Assembly (NCBI GenBank): GCA_951406725.2
Contig: OX597814.1
Coordinates: 142,290,001-142,354,000, forward strand
Length of the DNA: 64,000 nucleotides
Direction of reading: 5' to 3'
From: Octopus vulgaris
Lineage: Eukaryota
Shown here: piece after piece, positions 1-11,849 of the stretch
Layout of the letters: each line of letters opens with the position of its first letter
Numbering within the stretch: the first letter of the stretch is position 1
Position numbers and translations under genes: made by a program
The notes under the pieces: generated by a model
The model's input: the letters and a program-made list of their open reading frames with translations, nothing else
Told to the model about the DNA's origin: nothing
Database searches by the model: none

Positions 1-1039
1 CCCGTAACCTAGCGGTTCGGCAAATCAGACCGATAGAATAAGTATCAGGCTTACATAGAATATGTATATATTATTTTGCTTATTTACTTATTTTCATTTC
101 GAAGTCCTATTATTATTGTTGATACCGTCATTGTTATTGTTATTGTTGTTGTTGCTAGGATTGTGGCTAACCAGCAGTTTATTATATTACATTTAAAGCA
201 TATTTTTTTAAAAGAGTTAATATTTAAGTAGGAGATAAAAGACTGAGAAAAATCTACACAGATGTATCTATCGTCCCCTACCGCCCCCATGTAAAATTTT
301 CCACAGCATATTTTGAGAACCTTTGTTATAAAAAAAAAAAAAACTCCTTAAATTCGGTCGATTTCCAATATTTTTTTTCTTTCGGTTTCTTGCAAAAATA
401 TATAAGAGATTAATTTTTTTTTTTAATTTGTAATCTGTTTGGAGCCAATCTGTCATTTCCGCAAGTTCCACAGCAGCTTTACTGAACGTCTTTTCTCATA
501 GTAAGCACATAGATATTCTATTAGTAAGTCAATGTACATTTCCATATACTCATGTGAATATTGTTTGTCTGCGCCTCTCCATAATAAATATCAGCTGTCG
601 CCGTTGTACTTATTACAAATTATGATCAATTTGCACAATACATACGCAGCTATCAGGTCACTGATATCTCTAGAGTAGTTATAGTTGTTGGGTTTTCAGT
701 TTGTTACTACTCTATCAGGTTCCAGCCTATCGCTGTAACACAGAAACGATGCGGCCGAGATATTCAGTGTAGCATTGCCACAACCCAGATTTTTACGACA
801 CGTAAGAATGTTAATCTTTGATTTAGCCAAGATAGTTTCAAATGTTACAACATGACTACAACATTAACGATGAATGACAAAGGTAAGTTGTTTAATGGTT
901 ATTAAAAAAGATAGGGCGAATGATTGAAGTAAATCCATTCATGTGGAACCAGGTATTTCATACCAATGATTTACTGTTTTGTGACTCCTGATAATAAGAA
1001 ATCATTATATAACCATATCATTAGCACACACTGGTGTAA

Positions 1040-1260
1040 GGCGGCGAGTTGGCAGAATCGTTAGCACTCCGGTTGAAATGCTTATCCGTATTTCGTCTTC
1101 TGCTACGTTCTGAGTTCAAATTCCGCTGAGGTTGTCTTCACCTTTTTATCCTTTCAGGATCAATAAATCAAGTACCAGTTGAGTACTGGAGTCGATGTGA
1201 TCGATTGTTCCCCTCTCCACAAAATTCAGGCCTTGTGTCTATAATAGAAAGGATTATTAT
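1040..1260 (+). mobile_element. tRNA-derived SINE, family A (head GGCGGCGAGCTGGCAGAA), beta-type tail
   Basis: A-box-like TGGCAGAATCGTT and B-box GAGTTCAAATTCC, central CCTTT..ATCCTTTC.GG.TC.ATAAA..AAGTACCAGTT block, tail CCCCTCTCCACAAAATTCAGGCCTTGTG ending in (ATT)n. Many copies in the window (further partial copies near 1405-1545(-), 2465-2655, 6045-6170, 21393-21620, 53000-53220). Confidence 0.85.
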
Positions 1261-1779
1261 ACAGTGGTTTAGCCAGAGAATGTGCCGCCCCGGAGCAACC
1301 CTTGAATTTACTTTCGCTCCATGCCCTGTACAACCCTCTCCGGTAATAAAGCCATCACGCATCGTGGACCACGCCCATCGCTTACCTCTATCTACGCTAT
1401 TATCACTAGTTTCAGATTTTTACACGAGGCCAGCAATTTCGGGGAAAGGGATAAATCGATTACATCGACTCCAGTGTTCAACTGGTACTTATTTTATCGA
1501 TCCCGAAAGGATGAAAGGCAAAGTCGACATCAGCGGAATTTACGCTATTATCATTATGTTTTAGGAATATTAGTCTCGGGTAGAAAGGCTTTGCTGTGAT
1601 TGCGGCAATTCTTTATGTTCTTAGATCAAACCTCGTCACGGCAAACTTAGCTTTCCATTATTTCGGGTTCGATAAAATACAATACATGTCGAGTAGTAAG
1701 ATCGATGGTATCTGTTATACCGCTTTCCTCAAACATTGTCGAGCCAGTGTGGCTGAACAGGCTCATCCAACCAGTGTGA

Positions 1780-1870
1780 TCTTGAAAATCACAGCCTCCA
1801 CATCAGACCGTGTTTATTGGAGAGAACATGCTGAGTCCTTCGTCCAGCAGTGGACTGAACATGGACAATC
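1780..1870 (+). mobile_element. 3' terminal fragment of an RTE-clade LINE
   Basis: Translation ASTSDRVYWREHAESFVQQWT matches the typical RTE ORF end A.DR..W....EA(F/Y)VQQWT; DNA CTTCGTCCAGCAGTGGAC. Confidence 0.5.
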
Positions 1871-2654
1871 CAATACAATTCAAATTTTATTCAGCCTCTT
1901 GGGACTGGTATTTGGAAATCGGTTGAAATTTTTTTTTTCTAAAATAAAAAGAAAACAGAATTTAAAGATGGTGCCGTTTTTGCGAGTCGACTCGTAAGAT
2001 ATAGACGGATGCGGTTTAAAGAGTCAACCACAACAACTATTCTTGAACTATCTCCTCTATTTGTCAAAAACACATCATCCATTCTTAAAAAAGATCTGAG
2101 ATCACCTCCTCCATTTCTTTTCCAGATGATCAGGGGGAAAAATCAGAGCTTGATGTATAAATGTAAGTTGTCTGGGGTAAGCTTGGACCTAAAACGGCTT
2201 GCTTAACGAACTCTGATCACCAGAACGAAAGAATTCCGAATTCTGTGAGCCGGGGAGTGGCAGCACCGTTGAGAAAGACGCTGAATAGCGGGTGGGTGTA
2301 ACTAATTATTTCCGTTCCCTAATTTTGCTGAATGCAGAATTAAATATATTGGCCCGGGCGCTATAGCAAAGAGATTGGCGCATGTCACTAAGTGTGTGGT
2401 TAGAAATGCGCAGATGTGCAGAATTCCAAACAAGTTTATCCACGACAATCTCCACCTCATCTAGAGAAGGTAGCGTGTTGAGTAAAATAATTAGCGGCAT
2501 TTTTGCCGGCTCTTTACATTCTTCAGTTCAAATTCCGCCTAGGTCAGCTTTGCCTTTTATTCTTTCGGGACAGATAAAATGAGTACCAGTTGAGCACTGG
2601 GGTCGATATAATCGACTGGCTTCCCCTCCCAGAATTTGAAGCCTTGTGCCTATA

Positions 2655-2782
2655 CTTTTATTAAATTTCATTGGATTTTACATTTCTTTCTCCTCGTCCT
2701 TTATGTAAAGCCCCACACAAATTATTGTCTGTCCTTGTTAGTCCCCTTCCTCTATGTCCCTGAGGCTAATAAAAGAAATTAT
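2655..2782 (+). mobile_element. 5'-truncated Tx1-like LINE 3'UTR fragment
   Basis: AATTTCATTGGATTTTA...TTTATGTAAA...TTGTCTGTCCTTGTTAGTCCCC...AATAAAAGAAATT parallels the Tx1 3'UTR at 10975-11110 and the alpha tail of SINE family A. Confidence 0.5.
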
Positions 2783-2828
2783 TATAATCATCATCATCAT
2801 GACCATCATCATGATCAATCATGATCAT

Positions 2829-2898
<70 letters not shown>

Positions 2899-3329
2899 CA
2901 TTTACTGGAGAATGGATATTGAATTTCTGCCATTTGAAACATCTCCAATGAGCTTATCACACGAGCAAGTGGTTCCATTCATCCAACAATTGAATACTCG
3001 TATTCAAACCGACGGAGTTCCACTTATGACAAAACATATATATGTATATACATATAACCTCCACCAACTACACTGCCCATCTATCTGTGCATAACTGTCA
3101 AAGCCGTGTATCCCATAGGTTCTGCAAATATAACGGCGGCCTCAAAAGACATTTTAAAATCCAGAAAGATCAGAACATAAGTGAATTCTTTGTAGTCCAA
3201 AGCAGACATGCAATTTATGTGGGTGTCTTTTCAAAACCTTGGTTTAAAAAATTACGTTCGATGGCATGATAAATCTAAGGTGTAAGTTCAAGAGGTGGTC
3301 AAACTCTGCATAAAGAGTAGATAACCACC

Positions 3330-3365
<36 letters not shown>

Positions 3366-3522
3366 CATTGGACTTCGGCCATACTGGAGCATCATCTTGA
3401 AGAGCTTTATTTGAACAAATCGAAGCCGGTAATATATTTTTGTTTTAATGCCTGGTATTTATTGTATCGCTCTCTTTTGCCGAGTCGCTACATTTCGAGG
3501 GCGGAAATAAACCAGCACAAAG

Positions 3523-3595
<73 letters not shown>

Positions 3596-3663
3596 GTGGC
3601 TCCGCTTAAGCATAGTAATACTAACAATCAGTTGCTAGAACTAAATATACTTATACTTCAGAG

Positions 3664-3933
3664 CAATGCTACTCAAAGTGGTGGTCCGCGAGCCATCAGC
3701 TGCCGGTACGCTTCGAGTTTCCAGAAAAGAAAGAAACATTATAAAATGCATATGTAATATTGTATTATTTGTTTACAAAATAAATATGAAATTTTTAAAA
3801 AATTGTCAACTTTTATTATATTCATTATATATATAGTTTCCAGTATAAATTAACACTACTAAGAAATATGACCGGTTCCTGGCACATTGGAAAAACTGCC
3901 GGTATGCCACATCAGATAATTTGAGAAGCACTG
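3664..3933. mobile_element. hAT (Charlie/MER5-like) MITE
   Basis: TIRs CAATGCTACTCAAA / TTTGAGAAGCACTG; 8-bp TSD CTTCAGAG / CTTTAGAG. Confidence 0.8.
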
Positions 3934-4213
3934 CTTTAGAGTAGAGCGTTAGGAAAGTAAATAACGCAATATTGCATGACAAATCAACAGGAGTTACGTA
4001 ATCACTTTCAATAGCTTACCGTTGATTCTGCTACGTGTAACAGTGATGAGTGCCTGTGTAACGTCCTGTAGCTTCCTCGGAGCCATTAAAATGAAGTGTA
4101 TGTTTATTTCGGAAGGCAGTTAGATAGGTGGAGAGGGATGCATTCAGAGTCTTACATACTATAATAATATTACGTTGTTTGAGGGTGAGAAGTCCCATTC
4201 AGTAATACACATT

Positions 4214-5056
4214 CATGGTCTGATTAATAAGTATCCGGATTGTAGTCATAGTAACGAAGCTAAAGCAGACAGAGTGAAACCCCTTGCCACAAATTAACCA
4301 TGAACTCTGCTGTGCATACGCACTAAGTTTTAACGTTCTAGCATACTTCTGCTATTTACAACAATGCTTCACAATGACAGATAAAATTGAGCAGAAAATC
4401 TGCACCAAATTTTGCCAAAAGCTTGGCGATACCTTCTCAGAGGCCTCCGCAAAGTTTTCAAAAAGTTTTCATCTTTCTCGACACAATGAAGGAGAGTACA
4501 ACCCTAACCCGAGTGTCTTTTTGGTCAGCTGAAAGCAGTTTTGGCACGCTTCTAATACCCAAATCTTCAGTGATAATGGACTGAACTGAACCGTAACTAA
4601 TCTGCACATCCTCTGACAACTTACAGATGGTAAATCGACGATTTACCCTCACAGCTGCACGCACATCAGCGATGTTTTTCTCAGTTCTGCTGGTGGCGAG
4701 TCTCCCAGAACGTTCGTCAATATCAACATTTTTTTTGGCCATCTTGAAAACGTTTGAACCATTCGTACACTTGTACGTGACTCGTACACTCCTCTCCATA
4801 CACTTTCTGCAACTTTGCGTCGGCCTCTGAGCAGGTATTGGCATGACAACTTTCTTTGTCATGGTCAATGTGACGATCACACGCTATACAGCATCCTTCC
4901 AAGCACTGCCGTAAACTGCGGAAGTGCGCTACAGCGTTAAAACTTTGTGCGCATGCACAGCAGTATTCAAGGTCAATCTTCGTCGAGCGGCTTTACTCTG
5001 TGTACTTCAACTTCGTTACTATGGCAACAGGCTGCATACTTATTGATCAGACCTCG
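4214..5056. mobile_element. mariner derivative formed of two inverted 5' halves
   Basis: Ends GGTCTGATTAATAAGTAT / ATACTTATTGATCAGACCTCG-TA. Plus strand encodes MTDKIEQKICTKFCQKLGD; minus strand encodes the mariner N-terminal HTH region DERSGRLATSRTEKNIADVR...TICKLSEDVQISYGSVQSIITEDLG...VPKLLSADQK. Confidence 0.85.
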
Positions 5057-5137
5057 TATTCACATATACATATATATTCATACATCCACATAATAAATAT
5101 GCATTTATCTATACATACACATACATATATAACATAC

Positions 5138-5179
<42 letters not shown>

Positions 5180-5182
<3 letters not shown>

Positions 5183-5400
5183 ATCCAAACAAGAAAACAC
5201 AGAAAAAAAGAGAAAAAAAGAGAAAAAAACACAGCAACGCAGGACGTGGAACAATTAAAGTATTATTGACGCTCAGGAAAGAAGGGAAGGAGGGTTTAAC
5301 GTTTCGAGCGGAGCTCTTCGTCGGAAACAAGGAGAAGGAAAGATCCCAAGGAGGGAAGACAGAGGAGACAATATTTGAGCTGGTGGTGCTTAAGAGATCA
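5180..5400 (-). mobile_element. Penelope-like pLTR fragment carrying a minimal hammerhead motif (5294-5328)
   Basis: Minus strand reads GTTT-CCGACGA-A-GAGC(TCC)GCTC-GAAACGTT-AAAC. Related fragments without the motif at about 41120-41175, 42710-42790 and 63390-63500. Assignment to Penelope-like elements rests on the motif only. Confidence 0.5.
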
Positions 5401-5921
5401 CATGTTGATATATATATATATATATATATATACGTCAACACACAGTAGCAGATGCATTCAAGAACAGAATATATAAATTAGATAACTGGACATTTATACA
5501 GTTAAACGAACTCAGATATAATAGTATACAAACGGACGAAAATATTTGTGTGCGTATGTGTAACAGAAAGAGAGAGAGAGAGAACGAGTGTGTGTATGTG
5601 TCTGTGTTTAAGTGCTTTTATGTATGGAAGCGAACATAAGCATGTGTATGTAAATTGATGTATTTTTGGAATTCAAAGTCGCTTTGTATCGTTCGTTGCT
5701 CAAATTTTCTCGCATCTGACGATCGCTTTAGCAATAAAACCGCCATAGCGACGCTTCTAAACTTCGAATTTTCAATATATCGATACAGACTTCAAAATGT
5801 ATTGAATTTGCTATTTTCTGATAGAACTTGATGAATACAATGCAGTAATCCCCTATACTCAAAAATAAACACAAATATACACGTGCACATACTCGGACGT
5901 TCATACATACAGACACACGCA

Positions 5922-5982
<61 letters not shown>

Positions 5983-6200
5983 GTTGTTGTTGTTGTTGTT
6001 GTTGTTATCATTATTATCACCATCATTATTATTATTACTATTATTTGATCAAATTCCGCCGAGGCCGACTTTGCCCTTTCGGGGGTCAATAAATTAAGTA
6101 CCAGTTGAGTCTATTTATCCCCTCCCCCCAAAACGGCTGTCTATTGTGGAAAAATTTAACGCCATTACGTTATTATTATTGTTATTATTATTATTATTAT

Positions 6201-6719
6201 TCTATGTTTGACTTTTGCTTTATATTTGTACAAGTTGGCTCCAAGTCTCACCCAGAGACCTCAAGAGACAACAGGGTTGGAAGTTCATGTTGTTGTTATG
6301 CCTAGTGTGCCATATATTTGGGGGGTGGGGATGTTGTACTAATGAATGTCTAAAAAAAAGTTTTTTTTTTTGTTTTTTTTTAAACCGAAAATTATGTTTG
6401 TTTTAAACCTTGAGATTACATAGAGAGTATTTTGCGTAGGATATGAGCAGTTCCCATGAGCACTATCTTTTGAACTTCTGCCATTTTGGGGTTTCCTGGT
6501 ATCTGAGTTAGGTAGCTATCAGCCCCTTTTGCTATCATTCCCAGGGCACCTATGACAACAGGTATTGTTTTAGTCTTCAGCTTCCACATTTTGCTGATTT
6601 CTATTTCAAGATCTTTATATTTGCTCAGTTTTTGGTAGGTCTTGACAGATACGTTTATATCGATTGGGACAGTCATATCAATGAGGAGGCATGTTCTTTG
6701 TTTGAAGTCTTTCAATATA
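6201..6719 (-). mobile_element. R4/Dong-like non-LTR retrotransposon 3' end (restriction-like endonuclease + 3'UTR) ending in (TAA)n
   Basis: ORF 6416-6715: CLLIDMTVPIDINV...KLSKYKDLEIEISKMW...IPVVIGALG...QKIVLMGTAHILRKILS is the RLE C-terminus; the 3'UTR runs into (TAA)n at 6170-6200. Confidence 0.88.
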
Positions 6720-6765
6720 ACTCTTTTACTCTTTTACTTGTTTCAGCCATCCGGCTGAGGCCATG

Positions 6766-6851
<86 letters not shown>

Positions 6852-7086
6852 AGAAAAGTGTTGCTGACAGTGACTTCGAAGTTGCGGTCAGTTTAAGCCA
6901 TTGACGGACTGGCCGAAACTGGGAAGCCACTGTGTACAACATTCTTGTTTAAGAATAAGAAGTTTGTACTTTAAAAAAGTAAAAGGAAACCATCAGATTA
7001 ATGTAAAATTGTTTTTATCATAACTGAAGATAAAAACAAAAACATTAATATATATGCATATATATATATGTGTGTGTGTGTGTGTG

Positions 7087-7124
<38 letters not shown>

Positions 7125-7876
7125 TATATATCCATGTTTATTTACACACACAAACACACACACACACACACAAACACACGCACACACACATATATATATG
7201 CATACGTATGTATATATATCGAATAAGTACTAAGGTTACAAAAAATAAGTTCTGGCGTCGATTTGTTCGACTAAAGGTGCTCCAGCATGGAGCACCATGA
7301 ATTATTAGAGTGGTTAGTCGCAATTTAAAACCAAAAGATACTAGTACAATAGTCACTAAAGTGACTAAAGGTATATAGATGTGTGTGTGTGAGCGCGCTC
7401 GTGTGTGTGTATGTGTGTATTCGACTATATACATAGACCGACACGTACACACGCATGCACATATATACATACGAATATATAATATACCATAAAATTATAT
7501 AACTCCGATACACACACACACATTCATAGAGTGAAATATAATATGATATGATGTGACATAAAATTCTAATACTCCGATATAGACATATACATTTGGAAAA
7601 TAAATATTTGATGCTACGTCCGTCAGTATTGTTCCTCTGAGAAATTACTGAAACATTTTCCTTGCATCTAAAGAATATATAAATATTTTATTTCTCTGAC
7701 CTTGAATATATGCATTCAGCTCTCTCACCTAAATGTCCACGCCATCTTTTGCTGTCTAGACTAGATATAATAACCTACTCTGTGAGTGTGCGTGGCCGTG
7801 TGCAAACAAGCGCACGCGCGCGCGTGTGTGTACAGTACGTACACACACATACATAAGCATTCATGCAAACACTTAC

Positions 7877-7923
<47 letters not shown>

Positions 7924-8043
7924 AGCATACATACATACATGCATGCATAGCTACCGAGCGTGTATACATATATAGATGCAATACACACTCATATGTGTAC
8001 GTATATACATATATGTATACATATATATATATATATATATATG

Positions 8044-8106
<63 letters not shown>

Positions 8107-8539
8107 ATGTATATTGTAAATGCATTTACGTATATACATACATATATACGTCTACTTATGCATATATACATATATGTATATATACGCATACATTTATACA
8201 TATATATATATGAATTCATAAATATCCACATATAAATATACACACATCTGTATATACACATACATAAATACACATACTATATATTTAAACAATATGTGTA
8301 TGTACGCTGTGTATAAATATTTATTATTCAATCATTTTCGCCGACTAACACATTGTATGCAAATTATAGATAAGTTCTAGTTTGTGACAGATTTAAATAG
8401 CAATTTGCTATAAGCTCTGTTCGTGATCAGGGGACCGAAGAAATATTTGTTCTCTAATGAATGATCAACGAACCGTGAAACGTTGCCAATTTCTCTATAT
8501 TTTTCTTTGTATGGAAAGAATAACAAGAAGTATTTGCAG

Positions 8540-8900
8540 GGACATGGCTGTGCAGTTATGAAACTCGTTTTGCCTCCATGCAGTTTCGGGTTCAGTCCCA
8601 CAAGTTATTGATCAGTTCTGGGCTATGTAGAAGACGCTTGCCCGACGTGCCGATAATTGTGAGACTAAACTCGAAACTGGGTAGTTGCAAAACAAGCTTC
8701 TTAACCACACAGCCATGCCTGCATCTATATATACATATGCGACAGGTTTCTGTCAATTACCGTTTACCAAATCCACTCACAAGGCCTCTGTCTGCCCGAG
8801 GTTATAGTAAGAAGCACTCACCGAGGGCACCACGCGGTGATACTGAACCTGGAACCATGTGGTTGGGAAACAAGCTTCTTACCACACAACCTCGCTTAAA
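8540..8900. mobile_element. rearranged CORE-type SINE fragments in both orientations
   Basis: Head-like GGCTGTGCAGTT...GGGTTCAGTCCCAC on plus, followed by two minus-strand head segments (AAGCTTCTTAACCACACAGCC; GGAACCATGTGGTTGGGAAACAAGC). Confidence 0.6.
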
Positions 8901-9149
8901 TAAGTTTATGCTGCAAACTTACTGTATTTCATGGTATATGAAAGACACGGCTATATTAAACGCGCCACAGTTTCAGTATTGTATTCTTAGGAAAAAGTGC
9001 TTTTAGTACATTAAAGTTTACAGGAAGCCCAGCATTGCATAATAGGACCCAGGATGATTTTTTGAGATATATTTTTGGAAAAAATATCCCTTATCTTCAC
9101 ATATGGTTAAGGCACGTGGACTTGTGGTTTGGTTCATGCTCGTGACGTG

Positions 9150-11110
9150 GGCAAGTTCCTGGCCACGTCGCATTCGCTAGTACTGATAGGAGACTTTAAC
9201 ACAATCTGTGACGCACACACAAATTGTGTTGGCTCGAACATGAATAGAAAATGTAACCCTGGCTAACGGGATCTGCTAAGTCACTTTCAGCTGGCTGATC
9301 CATATAGGTTGGAACATCTGAACACTCCACAGGTGACGTGGTCAAATAGTGACGGGTCTTCCAGAACATATCTAGATATGATTTTAATTAGAAAAACAGA
9401 TAAGTCCATAGCTAAGTGTCCACAGTTTTATCTAGTCAGCTACGATGATCACAAGATGGTTACCTGTAAGCTGACAGTAGATAAGTTGCATAGACAGGGA
9501 TCTGGCTAATGGAAACTCAATACATCCCTTTTGGCAATTGAGGAGTACAGAAAGCGGATCGAGATGTTAATAAGAGGGCATTGACAGGTACCATCATTAA
9601 TAACAATAGGCCTTGTCTTCCTCACGTGGTTCATCACTCTGTATCACAACATTGACTCGATAGCTCGGGTGAACGGTTTCCTTTGGAAACCGTTCTACAT
9701 CAGTTGCTCGGTTCGTCAAGGATGTCCGCTCTCACCACTTTTACATGTGGTGGCTCTTGAACCCCTACTGCGAATGTTGAGTGGCAGCCCGAAAGAACCA
9801 GGTTTAAAGGAGTTTGTTACAGCTTATGCGGACGATATCACTATCAGCGTAACCACAGTAGCACGCTTACGTGAAGTGTGTAAGGATATTGAGGTTTACG
9901 AGACGATGGCAGGAGCAAAGATTAACCAGGAAAAGTCGGTCGGCTTGAAGCTCGGCACCTGGGTTGGCAAGTCGATGCCTTCAGACAGCGTTGTTGGGCG
10001 CTAGACAGAGGGACCGGTTAACTTGCTGGGAGTCTGGTTTGGACCAGGCCTCCAGATAGAGAAGAACTGATGGAGGTTTCGAGCAGGGTGGCTGCTGTAG
10101 TCAAGACCTGGTCTTGGCGGTGGCTATCCCTGAATGGGAGGACGGAGGTGGCCAATGTGTTTATCGCATCGGTCATTACGTACCGCTTGTCCGTCGTGCC
10201 CTGTCCGGATTCGTGGTGGATCAGGTTGGAGAGACAGCTCTTTCGCTTTTTGTGGAAGGGCAAGTCGCCACTTGTGAAACGCTCTGTCTGTTGTCAAAAG
10301 CCATTAAAGGTAGGTTTAGGGATGCCTTGGTTAATGATGCGCAGACATGCGATTGAGGTTGAGGCATCTCTGGATTCTCCTGGATGGGGAACGGGTGTGA
10401 TCTCCGCTGGCCAGAAAAATGTCCCCCGAGTTCAAAAGTTTTTGCAAACAAGAAGCCTGGTGTTTTCGTAGACCGAGATCGAGCGAGTGGCAAAAAGAGT
10501 GTCGTAAGGCCCTCCTGCTATCCCGGCGCTCGGACAACGCCAACGGTGTGGGTTCTACACGAATTTTATATAGTGGGTTGATCGAGTCTGAATGTGACGA
10601 AGGCCTGGGAGCGACCGGAAGTTTTAACAAACGAAGGTAAGAATTGTTTTCTCACGGTTGTAGCGATAACGAAAGAAGCAGTATGGAAGACTAGGATAAA
10701 AGAGATTAAGACAGGCAACATTATCTCCGGCCACGATTTACGATCATTTTTTACTTTTCATTTGAAAAGGAAGGTGTAGCTGGAGAAGAGGTGTCTGTCG
10801 GAGAGTATGTACAAAAAGAGATGGAAACATGTTGCACGAGTGTTGTGCGTGCACGGAACCGTGTCAATAGGTTATAAAAGAAGAACAAAAAAAAAAAGGT
10901 ACCAGCGATAGTTCGGGGCTTTTGGGGTCGGAGCGTGTCCTGATCATCGCTACATTTGTGTTGTCTCTGTATTGTTAATTTCATTCGATTTTTTAAAATG
11001 TTATATAATTTTTATATTCATATTTTATGTAAAATCATAACGTATTACTGATCCCAATCAGTTGTTTTGTCCATTTCTGTATTTGGCCCCATGTGGGCCA
11101 TAAAGAAATT
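9150..11110 (+). mobile_element. decayed, internally deleted Tx1-clade (L1 group) LINE: APE endonuclease, partial RT, 3'UTR
   Basis: SLVLIGDFN, TWSN..SRTYLD, DDHK, G*WKLNTSLL (APE); VRQGCPLSPLL, AYADDIT, GAKINQEKS, LSLNGRTEVAN, KVGLGMP (RT and downstream); KEAVWKTR C-terminus. Contains stops and frameshifts. Confidence 0.92.
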
Positions 11111-11290
11111 GGTATTTCGTCTGCGGTTATGTTCTGAGTTCAAATTCTGCCGAGGTTGACTTTGCCTTTCATCCTTTCGGGGTCGATTAAATAAGTACCA
11201 GTTACGCACTGAAGTCGATGTAATCGACTTAATCCCTTTGTCTTTGTTTGTCCCCTCTATGTTTAGCCCCCTGTGGGCAATAAAGAAATA
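11111..11290 (+). mobile_element. headless SINE-A unit with alpha (Tx1-like) tail, fused to the Tx1 3' end
   Basis: Begins GGTATTTCGTCTGC directly after the LINE end TAAAGAAATT; ends TTTAGCCCCCTGTGGGCAATAAAGAAATA. Confidence 0.85.
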
Positions 11291-11310
11291 AATTTTAGAT
11301 AGTTCAGTTG

Positions 11311-11790
11311 TTAGCACGCTAGGCAAAATGCTTAGCAGCATTTCATCCTTACGTCGAGTTCAAATTCCATCGAGGTCGTCTTTGCCTTTCATCATTTTAG
11401 GGTCGATAAAATAACTACTAGTTGATCACTAGGGGATCCTCTCCTTAACTTGTAGACTTTGTACCAAGATTTGTAACCGATAATAGATAGTTCAGTTGAT
11501 CACACAGCTGTCGCTGCCGTACGTCGAAACAGATATGAGAATATAATATTTATGCATGTGTGTTAAATGTCAGCATTTGTCTCATGTTTATGTAAAATAC
11601 AGCTATGCTAATTTAACATCGGAATTTTCAATATAGATTTTCGTTTGCCAATAATTTATGATGTTGACCTTTTGACTTGAATGTTATCGTTTTCTCGAGC
11701 ATTTTTGACAATAATGAATTGACGCAAAATGATTTGTTTGAAATATTATATGCTTTCTGTACAAGAATTTTTAATTTGTTGTTGTTGTTG

Positions 11791-11849
<59 letters not shown>

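Noticed and set aside
1990-2300. Possible Tx1 endonuclease relic on the minus strand (also ORF1-like stretches near 15830-16130, 29540-30250 and 31600-31900)
   Set aside because: Too decayed for any motif to be recognised with confidence.
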